The notes under the pieces are model-generated. The model saw only the letters and a list, made by a program, of their open reading frames with translations. It searched no databases and was not told the DNA's origin. Shown here in pieces: positions 39,446 through 49,985 of a stretch of DNA of 64,000 bases (positions are counted from its first letter, which is position 1; each line of letters begins with the position of its first letter). Both the position numbers and the translations under genes were made by a program. This DNA comes from Nitrosopumilus sp. GTDB taxonomy: Archaea > Thermoproteota > Nitrososphaeria > Nitrososphaerales > Nitrosopumilaceae. The stretch is from contig OY763927.2 of the NCBI GenBank assembly GCA_963667665.2, positions 1,536,001 to 1,600,000 on the forward strand. Direction: 5' to 3'.

Positions 39446-40909
39446 TTGAATAAACAAATTCCTATTTTGGTTATTGTAATTTTTGTAGCTAGTATTATTT
39501 CTGTTTCTTCAATATCTGATCAATTTGTTGATGCAGGTTCTAGAAAAAAAATTCACTTTACTCAAACTATTACATCTTCTCAAGATCCAGGACAAGGACA
39601 TCAAAATCACCAATTAGCACTTATTCTATCACCAAACGAAGGAACTCTTTATGATGGATCTATGACATTTACCTCAAGTAAGCCTGTTCAGATTGTCGTT
39701 TTACACGAAATTAACTCTAAACAAGTAAAAGGTCAACCTATCTGGACTGTTGATGGAAATTCTGTTTATGGTATGTCTTTGATTGATTTAGAGGAAAAAT
39801 CAGGATCTTTTGAGTTTACAGGAGCTGCACTTGCATTACATTCGTCTGATTCAAAAGAATTTACTGTAACTGTAAGTGTTGATGGTTGGATACGTGGACA
39901 ACCTACTGAAGTTATAATGCAAAAAATTGAATTAGAAAAAGAAGACCCTTCATTTTTACTTTCAAAAACAAATGTTCCAGCTATAATCCCAATGCATAAA
40001 GGAATCTATGCAGGAAATCAAATTCTTTACATTATCACTGATGGTAGTGATGAGGATTATTCAAAAACTCTCTCAGAAAAACAAGGATGGAATGTTGAAC
40101 TTGCTTCAGCTATTTCAAATGTTCCAGAAGATGCTCTTCAAAAATTGTTCATTTTTAAAAATGGAATTAAAGGTGATGGAATTTATGGATTCCAAGATGA
40201 AATATTTTCTAGTACTCCATCACAAGAATCACAGTACAGCGCATTGAGTTCTATAATTGAAGTTACATGGAAAATAGGTCAAAAAGAAATAATGTTTGAA
40301 TCTGCAGCAGATGTAATTGCTGCAGAAGAAGGTGGTAGAGTTGAGTTTAATGAAACAGGAATTGTTCTAAATACTCCTCAAATTGTTTGGCCTGATGGAC
40401 AGATGCTAGTACGTTCTGATAAAGAAATTACAGATGAAACTCCATATGGTGGAGGTCAGATAATTGAAATTAATGAAGAAGAATTGACTGTAACCTTTGT
40501 TGCTCATAGAGGCTGGGGACCTGATGGAAAAACCATCTACTATATTGTTACTGATGCTACCCCTTCAGGACCTGCAGAAACAATGGGAGTTGTTTCATCT
40601 CCAACATCTGCAAATTTAATAGCTCATTCCGGAGCAGTTGATCTTTTCCAATTCAAAAATGGAATTAAAGGCACTGGCCCACTAGGATTTCAACCTGGAA
40701 TTGCTGGTGCCGCTCTTGGTGATACAAATTACAGTCCTATGTGGCGAATTTATCTCGTTGAATGGAATGATGCAAAATCAGCAAAAATTTTAGAGACAAA
40801 ATCAGATATTGATTCATTTCGTGCAGATGATCTGATATCTGTAAGTATTGCACGACCAACTAATAGTGATCATATAGTTAACTGCCCATTCATAGATCCA
40901 TTCCAATAG
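39446..40909 (+). CDS. Secreted hypothetical protein with internally duplicated domain
   Basis: Signal peptide; two repeats YIITD...FKNGIKGDGIYGFQ...YS and YIVTD...FKNGIKGTGPLGFQ...YSP. Confidence 0.75.
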   Translation: MNKQIPILVIVIFVASIISVSSISDQFVDAGSRKKIHFTQTITSSQDPGQGHQNHQLALILSPNEGTLYDGSMTFTSSKPVQIVVLHEINSKQVKGQPIWTVDGNSVYGMSLIDLEEKSGSFEFTGAALALHSSDSKEFTVTVSVDGWIRGQPTEVIMQKIELEKEDPSFLLSKTNVPAIIPMHKGIYAGNQILYIITDGSDEDYSKTLSEKQGWNVELASAISNVPEDALQKLFIFKNGIKGDGIYGFQDEIFSSTPSQESQYSALSSIIEVTWKIGQKEIMFESAADVIAAEEGGRVEFNETGIVLNTPQIVWPDGQMLVRSDKEITDETPYGGGQIIEINEEELTVTFVAHRGWGPDGKTIYYIVTDATPSGPAETMGVVSSPTSANLIAHSGAVDLFQFKNGIKGTGPLGFQPGIAGAALGDTNYSPMWRIYLVEWNDAKSAKILETKSDIDSFRADDLISVSIARPTNSDHIVNCPFIDPFQ

Positions 40910-40951
40910 AAATTCCACTAAACGGATAAATTACTTAACAAAAGATTTGTT

Positions 40952-41752
40952 TTGAAATTGACTGGTAAACTCTACATTGTTGGTGTTGGTCCTGGACACC
41001 ATGATCATATGACATTTAGAGCAAAAGAAGCAATTATTGAAAGTGACACAATTGTTGGATATGAAACTTATGTAAATTTAGTTCAAGATCTAATTGAAGA
41101 TAAAACAGTTTATCGTTATGCAATGACACAAGAAGTTGAAAGAGCTCATCAATGCATTGATCTTGCAAAATCAGGAAAAATTGTTTCACTTGTATCAAGT
41201 GGAGATCCTGGAATTTATGGAATGGCTGGATTAATTTATGAAACACTTGCGGAAAGTGGTTGGAATCCTAAAGATGGTTTACAAGTTGAGATCATTCCAG
41301 GTGTGTCAGCATTAAATTCTTGTGCATCAATAGTTGGATCACCTTTGATGACTGATTTTGCAGTTGTTAGTATGAGTGACTTGTTAGTTCCATGGGAAAT
41401 TATTCAAAAAAGAGTTGAAGCTGCAGCACAAGGTGATTTTGTAATTGTAATTTATAATCCATCTAGTAAAAAAAGAATTCATCAATTACAAGACACTAGA
41501 AAAATTCTTCTAAAATATCGCAAACTTACAACTCCTGTTGCAATTATTAAAGGAGCATTTAGAGAATCTGAAACAGTTGTTATGACTGATTTAGAAAATT
41601 TGCCAAATCATTCAGACAAATTAGGCATGATTACTACTGTAATTATTGGAAATTCCTCTACATACACTTACAAAGATTTGATGATAAATCCAAGAGGATA
41701 CAAATCAAAATATAATTTAGAAGAACAGACCAATCCAGATCTCAAAGTCTAA
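40952..41752 (+). CDS. cbiH: Precorrin-3B C17-methyltransferase
   Basis: VGVGPG, VSSGDPGIYGMAG, IPGVSA, YNPSSKKR, NPRGY. Confidence 0.95.
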   Translation: MKLTGKLYIVGVGPGHHDHMTFRAKEAIIESDTIVGYETYVNLVQDLIEDKTVYRYAMTQEVERAHQCIDLAKSGKIVSLVSSGDPGIYGMAGLIYETLAESGWNPKDGLQVEIIPGVSALNSCASIVGSPLMTDFAVVSMSDLLVPWEIIQKRVEAAAQGDFVIVIYNPSSKKRIHQLQDTRKILLKYRKLTTPVAIIKGAFRESETVVMTDLENLPNHSDKLGMITTVIIGNSSTYTYKDLMINPRGYKSKYNLEEQTNPDLKV

Positions 41753-42795
41753 CATCTTTTCTTTATTGTCTCGTATAGTTCTTCACTAAGATTTAGCTTT
41801 TCTCTAATTGGAGAAATTATTTTTACCAAATAATTTCCAACTGTTTGTTTCAAATCGCCTGGATGTAATTTCTTTTCAACAAAGTCTGTTTCTAATTGAT
41901 TGTAATTTGTATATGATATATTTCCACCAAATTTTTCAGGTCTTTCAACATTTATCTCATCAAACTCATGAAACACTACTGTTCTTGCAATCTCTAATAG
42001 TGGATTATTCTGAATATTTGCTTCTTCACACCATGCTTTGCTGATTTTTTTCTTTATTTCATCATCTGTATTATGAACAAAGACGCCTGAATTTGGATCT
42101 GATTTACTCATCTTTCCTAATATCTGAGAATCACTAGTATCTGCAGGTTTTGAAAGTCCTGGTAATAGTTTATGGTGAACAGCCACAGGAACTTTCCATT
42201 TCTTTTTAGGGAAAATTTCTCTTACCAACATGTGGATCTTTCTCTGATCCATTCCTGCATGAGCAATATCTACATCCAAATAGTGAATATCAACTGCTTG
42301 CATTGCTGGATAAAGTAAATTTGATAGTTCAATTTTTTTATCGTCTTCAGAACGACCCATTATTGTTAGAGTTCTCATTGTTCTAGCAAGTGACATATGT
42401 TTTGTAAATTTAATGAGTTCAGTCCAGTAATCTGTATTTTCTTCATACAATTTTGAGCCCAAAACAATTTCTACATTAGGACAAACAAGATTGAATGCAT
42501 CTTGATAATATTTTGAAACTTTTGAAATTGTTTCCCAATCTCCACCTAACTTATCATTAATCAGAGTATGCCAATCTGCAAGAAATACAGTACAATTTAC
42601 TCCTGCTCTTACAAAATCATTAATCTTGAAACCAGTACTGATTAAACTACCAAGATGTAAAAAACCAGAAATTTCTAAGCCAATGTAATGTTTTGGTGAA
42701 GAATTTGTCTTGAATAATTCAACTAATTCATCACGTGTCACTACTTCTTCAGTTGGTGGTCTTTCAATCAAATCTACTTTTTCTAAAATATCCAA
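41749..42795 (-). CDS. tyrS: Tyrosyl-tRNA synthetase
   Basis: YIGLEISGFLHLG, YPAMQAVD, GMDQRKIH, KMSKS. Confidence 0.96.
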   Translation of the reverse strand: MDILEKVDLIERPPTEEVVTRDELVELFKTNSSPKHYIGLEISGFLHLGSLISTGFKINDFVRAGVNCTVFLADWHTLINDKLGGDWETISKVSKYYQDAFNLVCPNVEIVLGSKLYEENTDYWTELIKFTKHMSLARTMRTLTIMGRSEDDKKIELSNLLYPAMQAVDIHYLDVDIAHAGMDQRKIHMLVREIFPKKKWKVPVAVHHKLLPGLSKPADTSDSQILGKMSKSDPNSGVFVHNTDDEIKKKISKAWCEEANIQNNPLLEIARTVVFHEFDEINVERPEKFGGNISYTNYNQLETDFVEKKLHPGDLKQTVGNYLVKIISPIREKLNLSEELYETIKKRC

Positions 42796-42852
42796 ATCAA
42801 AACAACTTTTGAGATCTAAGCCTATAAAGTTATTCTAAACAATTCTAAATTT

Positions 42853-43041
42853 TTACTTACATTTTTTCTTGTGTTTTCTTAAATTTTCTTCACTCATAAA
42901 TTCAGTCCCACAATTTCGACATTTCACTTTTTTCTTGCTATGTGCTTTTTCCTGATGTCTCTCTAATCTTTCAGAATCTGATAGAACTGTACCACATTTT
43001 TTGCATTTTAATTCATTTTTACTGGATCCAAATAATCCCAT
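42853..43041 (-). CDS. Double C2H2/C2HC zinc-finger protein
   Basis: CKKC...HQEKAH; CRNC...HKKKC. Confidence 0.85.
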   Translation of the reverse strand: MGLFGSSKNELKCKKCGTVLSDSERLERHQEKAHSKKKVKCRNCGTEFMSEENLRKHKKKCK

Positions 43042-43110
43042 ATCAAAAGTATTTCTGTATACTAGGCAAAATAGTTTTTACGTAATTTTAATACAAAATA
43101 TCTGATCGAT

Positions 43111-43683
43111 CTATATTTCTGGCTCATCTAAGCTTTTTCTAGGTTTTATGCTTAGATAAAACGCATGAGTACTAATGATAAAACCTGCAAGGAATATTTT
43201 GGTTGCAAAAATTAAATTCCACGGTCTATCTGGATCTGGATAAGCAACTGATAATCTATCAATGTCTGGAACTTGCCCATCAATAATTCCTGCAGTAATT
43301 TGTGCATTTAACACTGTAAAATTGTATAATACTTCATAAAGTGCAATAATAGAAAATCCTAGTAACATTAACTGAAGTAATGCCATCTTTGTACCAACTA
43401 TTTTATTTCCAGCAGTTCTTCTCCAACCAATTCTAGTAACACAATACCATCCAATTATTGTAGAAAAAAATATCCAAGTTGTCACTCTTGCAAAATTTTC
43501 AAAAGGAATAGTTGTGTTGTGAATTGCCTCTCCCATTACATAAGTTCCATTTTCAATCCATTCTATCGTTGTTACATATACACCAAAAACTAAAGATGAT
43601 ACCATGATAAATCCACAAACATAGAATATGTACAGATAAACCTTGTAACCTGCATCAGTTTTTTCAAGATGGCGTGGTTTCAT
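43111..43683 (-). CDS. Hypothetical membrane protein
   Basis: Four hydrophobic segments; ATG 43683 likely start (track extends to 43719). Confidence 0.7.
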   Translation of the reverse strand: MKPRHLEKTDAGYKVYLYIFYVCGFIMVSSLVFGVYVTTIEWIENGTYVMGEAIHNTTIPFENFARVTTWIFFSTIIGWYCVTRIGWRRTAGNKIVGTKMALLQLMLLGFSIIALYEVLYNFTVLNAQITAGIIDGQVPDIDRLSVAYPDPDRPWNLIFATKIFLAGFIISTHAFYLSIKPRKSLDEPEI

Positions 43684-43764
43684 AATGCGTTTGCCAAATT
43701 TAGAAATATAAAAATTCATGCATACTCAACGAGATTTATAGACTAGTTATCTACAGAATTACTA

Positions 43765-44847
43765 TTGAAAATTGCAATTAACATTCCTATGGTAGGCAAA
43801 GAAGAGATCTCTGTAGTAACTTCTATACTTAGAAATGGTGCATTAACCTCAGCTGCTAATCAAGGAGGCAAATATGTTCAAGCTTTTGAAAAATCTGTAA
43901 CCTCTTTTGTAAAATCAAAATATGCTGTTGCAGTCAATTCTGGTACTGCTGCCTTACAGGCCGCTCTTTATGCATTGGATATAAAAAAAGATGATGAAGT
44001 TCTAGTTCCATCATTTACTTTTGTTGCTATTGCAAATGCCATTGTATCAACAGGAGCAAAACCTGTTTTTGTTGATATTCTAAAAGAAAACTATACCATA
44101 GATCCAGATGATCTACAAAAAAAGATAACAAAAAAAACTCGTGCCATAATACCTGTTCATCTTTATGGAAATGTAGCAAATATAGAAAGACTCTCTGAAA
44201 TTACTAAAAAATATAATATTCCAATTATTGAAGATGCTGCACAATCTTTAGGTTCTACCTATAAAAGAAAACACACTGGTACTTTCTTTGAAATGGGATG
44301 TTATAGTATGTATCCTGCAAAGGTAATGACTTCTGGAGAAGGTGGTTTTATTGTTACTAACAATAAAAAACTCAGAGACAAATTACTGATGATTAGAAAT
44401 CATGGAATGGTTCATGGATATGATACTAGAGTATTTGGATTAAACTTGAGATTGCCTGAAATTAATGCTGCAATTGCCACTATTCAAATGAAAAAACTTC
44501 CAAACTTTCTAAAGTCTAGGAAAAAAAATGCAACACTTTTATCAAAATTAATTTCTGATCTTAAAATTAATCTTCCTCACCAACGAAAAAATGAAAATGT
44601 TAATTGGTATCTTTATACTATTGCAACTGAAAAACGTGATAGACTTTTGAAAAAACTTAACGAAAAAGGAATTGGTGCTGCATCTTACTATCCTACACCA
44701 GTTCATAAGACTCCATATTACAAATTAAAAACAAAACTTCCTGTAACTGATTGGGCTGCATCACATGTAATCTCTTTACCAATTCATCCAAAAGTAACTC
44801 AAAAAAATATTGAATTTATTGCTAAAACCATGCGTGATATATTGTGA
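43765..44847 (+). CDS. DegT/DnrJ/EryC1/StrS aminotransferase
   Basis: NSGTAAL, PSFTFVA, PVHLYG, EDAAQ, SMYPAKVMTSGEGG. Confidence 0.95.
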   Translation: MKIAINIPMVGKEEISVVTSILRNGALTSAANQGGKYVQAFEKSVTSFVKSKYAVAVNSGTAALQAALYALDIKKDDEVLVPSFTFVAIANAIVSTGAKPVFVDILKENYTIDPDDLQKKITKKTRAIIPVHLYGNVANIERLSEITKKYNIPIIEDAAQSLGSTYKRKHTGTFFEMGCYSMYPAKVMTSGEGGFIVTNNKKLRDKLLMIRNHGMVHGYDTRVFGLNLRLPEINAAIATIQMKKLPNFLKSRKKNATLLSKLISDLKINLPHQRKNENVNWYLYTIATEKRDRLLKKLNEKGIGAASYYPTPVHKTPYYKLKTKLPVTDWAASHVISLPIHPKVTQKNIEFIAKTMRDIL

Positions 44848-45320
44848 ATGCTATAGGTGAGAGAATTGGAGAATTATGTAAGATTATTCTGCCTATTCCT
44901 GAAGAATCTTATCAAGGAGATATTAATTCATCAATTGCAGTTTGTACACTTTCAAGTATAGATTTACTCAAAAAATTTGCAAATTCTGAAATTCTAAATC
45001 ACATATCGATAGTTGGAAGACTACTTTCTGAAAATAAAGGAATTGATTCTATAATAAAATACGTATACAAAAATCAAAAAATTACTACTATCATAGTTTG
45101 TGGAAAAGAAGTTTGGGGTCATAAAGCAGGTCACTCATTATTTCAATTACATAAATATGGAATTGATAAAAATAATAGAATAATTAATTCAACTAGTCCG
45201 GATCCATATCTTACAGTTTCTAAATCTCAGATACAATATTTTCAAAATAATATAACTCTAGTAAGTTTAATCAATGAAACTGATCTTAAAACAATTTTTT
45301 ATAAAATTAGAATTTCCTAG
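44844..45320 (+). CDS. MtrA-like corrinoid-binding domain protein
   Basis: VCTLSS, ENKGID, CGKEVWGHKAGHSL...GID...RII resemble MtrA; no membrane anchor. Confidence 0.8.
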   Translation: MNAIGERIGELCKIILPIPEESYQGDINSSIAVCTLSSIDLLKKFANSEILNHISIVGRLLSENKGIDSIIKYVYKNQKITTIIVCGKEVWGHKAGHSLFQLHKYGIDKNNRIINSTSPDPYLTVSKSQIQYFQNNITLVSLINETDLKTIFYKIRIS

Positions 45321-45667
45321 TATCCACTTCGCTGTCTTTCTCGATTAATTTCATTTTTCTTTTTGTACTCTTCTACAATATCATCTGGTGTAAGATTTAG
45401 CTCAAGTGATGCCTGAACAACAAAATGCCATATGTCAATTAATTCTTCTCTGGCTTCAGCTTTATCAAATTTAGTTGGTGTTTTCCACCATTTCCAATTT
45501 GTTGTCCTTTGTAGCTCTACTGCCTCATGTATTATTGCAGTAGATAAAGCAGAAACTCTTCCTTCAGAATCTTTTGGGTACCTATCCAAATTCATCATCT
45601 CTGATAGACCTTTTTGAAGTTTGAATATCGTATCTAGTCTATCTTTTTCAGAAATTTCTTGTGTCAA
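45317..45667 (-). CDS. Dimeric (all-alpha) dUTPase-like NTP pyrophosphatase
   Basis: HEAVEL...WKWWK, EELIDIWHF, KNEINRERQRSGY. Confidence 0.88.
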   Translation of the reverse strand: MTQEISEKDRLDTIFKLQKGLSEMMNLDRYPKDSEGRVSALSTAIIHEAVELQRTTNWKWWKTPTKFDKAEAREELIDIWHFVVQASLELNLTPDDIVEEYKKKNEINRERQRSGY

Positions 45668-45706
45668 TGATAAATAAATTTGAGAAATTATTTAACTTAA
45701 GTCTTT

Positions 45707-46600
45707 TTAGAATTGGATCATTTTTTCATATATTTTGAATCGTTTTGAAATATCCCCATTTTTGATCTTTAGTAATCCATCTAATCCATATTTTTCAACT
45801 GCAAAGGATCCTAAAATATTCCCATAAACTACGGCTTTCTTAATTTCAGATATACTAGTTGATTTTTTACTTGCAAGATATCCTATCATTGCTCCTGCAA
45901 AAGAGTCACCTGCACCTGTAGGATCTACCACATCTTCTAATGAAAAGCCTGCTGTTGGGAAAATAACATCATCATAAAACATCAAGGATCCATGTTCTCC
46001 TTTCTTGATAATTACATATTTTGCGCCCCATTGCATCATTTTTTTTGCACATTTTATCAAATTGAATTCTTTTGTAAGGAGTTTGGCTTCTTCATCATTT
46101 ATTACAACTGCATCTACTGCTTTTATCATCTTAATCACTGCTTCTCGTTTAGTAGAAATCCAAAAATCTATAGTATCACACATAGAAAATTTTACCTTGT
46201 CAAATTCTTTAATTAGTAAAGTATTCTGTTCAGGATCATTGTTTGCAAGATACACAAATTGAGATTTTCTGTAAGCTTCAGGCACAATTGGCTTAAAATC
46301 AGCTAGTACGTTTAATTCAGTTTTCAAAGTGGATCTGGTACTTAGTGTATTGTTATATCTTCCATCATAACGAAATGTTTTACCATTTTTTATAGTCAAT
46401 CCCTGTAAATCCAAATGTTTGGATAAAATATTATGATATTTTTTTGGAAAATCCTTCCCAACCACTGCAATTAATCCAGTATTCACAAAATTACTTGCAG
46501 AAATTGCTGCAAAAGTTGCTGCTCCGCCTAGAATATTCTTCAATGTTTTTTTTGGAGTTCTAATTGTATCTAATGCAGTAGAACCAAAAACAGTAAGCAT
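45707..46600 (-). CDS. PfkB-family carbohydrate/nucleoside kinase
   Basis: GGAATF, INDEEA, DPTGAGDSFAG. Confidence 0.93.
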   Translation of the reverse strand: MLTVFGSTALDTIRTPKKTLKNILGGAATFAAISASNFVNTGLIAVVGKDFPKKYHNILSKHLDLQGLTIKNGKTFRYDGRYNNTLSTRSTLKTELNVLADFKPIVPEAYRKSQFVYLANNDPEQNTLLIKEFDKVKFSMCDTIDFWISTKREAVIKMIKAVDAVVINDEEAKLLTKEFNLIKCAKKMMQWGAKYVIIKKGEHGSLMFYDDVIFPTAGFSLEDVVDPTGAGDSFAGAMIGYLASKKSTSISEIKKAVVYGNILGSFAVEKYGLDGLLKIKNGDISKRFKIYEKMIQF

Positions 46601-46611
46601 TTGAGAAGGAA

Positions 46612-47079
46612 TTAATTTTGATGTATAAATTCTCTTGCTTGTTCTTCTGTTGGATAGTAAACAAATGGTACATCAATAGATGTAAAGAACATATCATATT
46701 TTGTTACTCCAGAAATTTTTATAGATTGAGATTCATCATCAACGTTAGAATCTGTATGAAAAGTACCTTTGACATAACTACTATCTAATGGATTTAATGT
46801 GAATGACTCTAACTGACCTTCTCCAACCATTTCATTATTAGCAATTATAAAAAATTCAGTCTCGCCTGCAGTTAATATTAACAATGAAGGATTTTCAAAT
46901 AGTAATTCAATATTATAGTTTGAACCTTTTTCATTTACATTCAATAATTCACTCTGAGTAATGCTTACTCCTATCTGAGATGCAGATGCATACTGTGAAT
47001 ATCCAAAAATACTTATGCCTAGTACGAATAAAACAATTAGACCTCCTTTTTTGGAAGATTTCATGAACAATTCTTGCAA
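46612..47079 (-). CDS. Membrane-anchored LEA_2/WHy-like protein
   Basis: N-terminal TM, FENPS motif, beta-rich. Confidence 0.6.
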   Translation of the reverse strand: MQELFMKSSKKGGLIVLFVLGISIFGYSQYASASQIGVSITQSELLNVNEKGSNYNIELLFENPSLLILTAGETEFFIIANNEMVGEGQLESFTLNPLDSSYVKGTFHTDSNVDDESQSIKISGVTKYDMFFTSIDVPFVYYPTEEQAREFIHQN

Positions 47080-47195
47080 AATTACCTTTTAACTCAAAAG
47101 GAAAAAAATCCCAATAAGTTGTGTAAAAGTTTTGATGTAATCTTAAAGCTCCTTAGAGCTAACAAAATAAATCAAATTTTGATGACTGTTCATCA

Positions 47196-47681
47196 TTGGC
47201 TAGAATTAAACTCAAACTTGGAGAAAATGAGATTGAAGTTGACTCTAGAGATTTCTATGTTGATAATCAAACACTAGGCGAAGTCATTGATAATATTTCA
47301 CATCATTTACCAGAAAATCATGCAAAAATTGTGTATGAAACTGATTTTACCACAAAATCAACTCAAGCTGAACATTCATCTCAATATGGTTTGGAATATC
47401 TGGATGATGCTGAAGTATTTGAACCAGAATTTAGTGAACCAAAATACATTACTTCTCATGAAATTAAATCAAAATTACGTATTTTAGAAACAAGTAGATT
47501 CTTTGATTCTCCAAGAACAGTCACTGAAACTGTTGAACAACTCAGAGAATATGGTTGGGCTTCAAGTCCATTAGATGTATCAAAAGCTTTAGCAAAAATG
47601 GCATCAAGCAAAGAAATTATGAAAAACTCTTATGAGAATCGAACTCATTATTTTGTTCAAGAATCATTATTATCTAACTAA
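47196..47681 (+). CDS. Hypothetical protein with C-terminal wHTH
   Basis: FFDSPRTVTETVEQLREYGW...DVSKALAKM...THYFV. Confidence 0.7.
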   Translation: MARIKLKLGENEIEVDSRDFYVDNQTLGEVIDNISHHLPENHAKIVYETDFTTKSTQAEHSSQYGLEYLDDAEVFEPEFSEPKYITSHEIKSKLRILETSRFFDSPRTVTETVEQLREYGWASSPLDVSKALAKMASSKEIMKNSYENRTHYFVQESLLSN

Positions 47682-47865
47682 CAGAATAATTACACTTTTC
47701 ACAATTAGAAAAAGTTTCTCCAGCTAAATGATCAAAGTGTGTCTTACACTTGTTGCACGTATGATGCATCTCAAAATATCCATCCTTCTCGACTTCTCCA
47801 ATTCTATTTGATTCAAGATCTATACTTTTGCACTTTATACAATGACAACCACATTCAATTTTCAT
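47674..47865 (-). CDS. Small Cys-rich Zn-binding protein
   Basis: Start ATG 47865: MKIECGCHCIKC...HHTCNKC...CEKC. Confidence 0.7.
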   Translation of the reverse strand: MKIECGCHCIKCKSIDLESNRIGEVEKDGYFEMHHTCNKCKTHFDHLAGETFSNCEKCNYSVS

Positions 47866-47912
47866 GATTTTCTCTGATAATGTATGTATAGTTTGAATAC
47901 TTATACAAATCA

Positions 47913-48068
47913 TTGGAAAAGAAAAGGATAGTACCATTAGAAATTGATGATCATTTCAAACTTTTTGGAAAAGAACCATGGGAAGTGGAATATGGTGAAA
48001 AATGCCCAGTTTGTAATGTTCGAATTGATGAATATAGTTTCTGTTCGTGTGGTTCTAGTGGAGACTAA
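47913..48068 (+). CDS. Zn-ribbon microprotein (51 aa; not in ORF track)
   Basis: TTG start: MEKKRIVPLEIDDHFKLFGKEPWEVEYGEKCPVCNVRIDEYSFCSCGSSGD*. Confidence 0.65.
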   Translation: MEKKRIVPLEIDDHFKLFGKEPWEVEYGEKCPVCNVRIDEYSFCSCGSSGD

Positions 48069-48951
48069 ATTTTCTCATTAATGGTACAGTAAGAATCATC
48101 AAAAATCCTATTGCTAATGGAGCAATTATTGGAAATTCAGGAATTACTGTAGTTCCTACAATTGTTATTTCTCCAGTTGTTTCAGGTTTTATATTAAGCC
48201 AAACATGAGTTCCATTATTATTGAATTTATTTTGATGAATTTTTTCATCATCAAGAAATACCACATATGGTTCCCATAACAATTCTAATGGAATTATTGT
48301 AGTAACAAATCTATTTTCTTTAGAAATATCAAAAGTAATACTCTTTGTTGGTTGATCAAAAATAAAGTTATCAATATTAGAATAACTTCTAATTTCAATT
48401 ACAAATTCTTTATCTTCCCATTTTACATTTTTAAAAATTTTTGGCTCATTAATAGAATATTCCAAAACCATTTGACATCCATGACATGCAATTCCTTTTT
48501 CTCCACCTAGAATAACCGGATTTTCATTTACAAAAATTAAATCAACTTCTTCAGGAAAAATAAAAGAAGTTAATTCAAGATATCTGAAATCCCACGTCCA
48601 AACGTCATCTTTTTGATTAAGTACCTGTTTAAGATCGTATTCTATAATGAAATTTCCTTGAGATGGTAAAATCAATACTCCACTATTGTCTCCAATCACT
48701 GTGAGTTGTTTTTCTTCTCCCTGTTCATTTGTTAGTAAAAGATTTGAAACTGTTCCAGAAATCAATTCAACTTGTGTTGGAACATTTGATGAACGAATAA
48801 CATGTGTAACATGAACATCACCTTCAGAATTTATTATAACTTCTACAGATTTTTGTACAGCTTTTTCACCAATTGAAATTTGGGCATCAACTATAGGAAT
48901 AATAGATATCATCAATAAAATTACTAAAAATCCAAAAATCTTTGTATTCAT
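48055..48951 (-). CDS. Surface protein with PEFG/PEF-CTERM-like sorting signal
   Basis: Signal peptide; C-terminal ITIVGTTVIPEFP, TM helix and basic tail. Confidence 0.85.
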   Translation of the reverse strand: MNTKIFGFLVILLMISIIPIVDAQISIGEKAVQKSVEVIINSEGDVHVTHVIRSSNVPTQVELISGTVSNLLLTNEQGEEKQLTVIGDNSGVLILPSQGNFIIEYDLKQVLNQKDDVWTWDFRYLELTSFIFPEEVDLIFVNENPVILGGEKGIACHGCQMVLEYSINEPKIFKNVKWEDKEFVIEIRSYSNIDNFIFDQPTKSITFDISKENRFVTTIIPLELLWEPYVVFLDDEKIHQNKFNNNGTHVWLNIKPETTGEITIVGTTVIPEFPIIAPLAIGFLMILTVPLMRKFSLH

Positions 48952-49428
48952 TTATTCCACAGTTACGTGAGTCATCTGTGCTTTTTCTAAAGGACAATCA
49001 TTACCATCTTTTTCAAGATTTACGATTTTGTCTGCAACATCCATGCCTTCTGTTACTTCCCCAAATACAGTATATTGTCTATCAAGGAATGTACTATCAG
49101 CTGTTACTATAAAAAATTGTGAGCCTGCACTATCAGGATCTTGTGATCTAGCCATTGAAACTATGCCTCGCAAATGAGATCTTGAACTAAATTCAGCCTT
49201 GATGTTATGTCCCGGCCCTCCTGTACCCCATGAACCTTTGTTATCGGTTTTTGTATTGGGATCACCACCCTGAATCATAAATCCAGGAATAACTCTATGG
49301 AAAAGAGTTCCATCATAGAATCCATCTCTGGCTAATTTTTCAAAATTTCTAACTGTTTCTGGTGCTAATTCAGATATAAGTTTAAATGAAATTTTCCCAA
49401 AATTGGTTTCAATATTTACTGTAGTCAC
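48952..49428 (-). CDS. ppiA: Cyclophilin-type peptidyl-prolyl isomerase
   Basis: FHRVIPGFMIQGGD, SMAR, AGSQFFI, YTVFG. Confidence 0.96.
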   Translation of the reverse strand: MTTVNIETNFGKISFKLISELAPETVRNFEKLARDGFYDGTLFHRVIPGFMIQGGDPNTKTDNKGSWGTGGPGHNIKAEFSSRSHLRGIVSMARSQDPDSAGSQFFIVTADSTFLDRQYTVFGEVTEGMDVADKIVNLEKDGNDCPLEKAQMTHVTVE

Positions 49429-49671
49429 TAAAATTTATCTATCAACATATCATAAGAGTCTTTTGCGAAAATCTTTCGTCAAATTCTTATACATATTTCA
49501 AGTATGTTAAAAAATTTATAATTATTAATGTACATTTCATTGATAAATTTATCGTTGAAGACTTTGTAAATTTTTATTTTTTTAACTAGTAAAAAATCTG
49601 ACATTATTAGATATGACATTTTAGAAATTTACAAAGTTATAGTCTTATATAGAACAAACAAAATTTAAAAT

Positions 49672-49905
49672 TTGTTGAATCGTACAAACCAAAGCACGAT
49701 AATTAAAGAAGCGATTAATTCTTATCTTGAAAAGGGGGTAACTGACAAACAGGATATCTATACCAAAGTTGTTGATGAACTTGGTGTTCCAAGACCAACA
49801 GTAAGGAGAGTTGCAAGGGATCTGAGAACTGAATTATTACAAAAGATCCAAATCTTACAATCTGATATGCCTAAAGTAACTATTACCACTAAGAAAGACG
49901 AATAA
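49672..49905 (+). CDS. Small HTH-like protein
   Basis: KQDIYTKVVDELGVPRPTVRRVARDL. Confidence 0.65.
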   Translation: MLNRTNQSTIIKEAINSYLEKGVTDKQDIYTKVVDELGVPRPTVRRVARDLRTELLQKIQILQSDMPKVTITTKKDE

Positions 49906-49985
49906 ATTCGGCTCTTTTTTCTTTTTAATTAAATTATTTTATAGTTTTTAGCATTACTGTTATAAACAATGATTTTTTCAAATAA

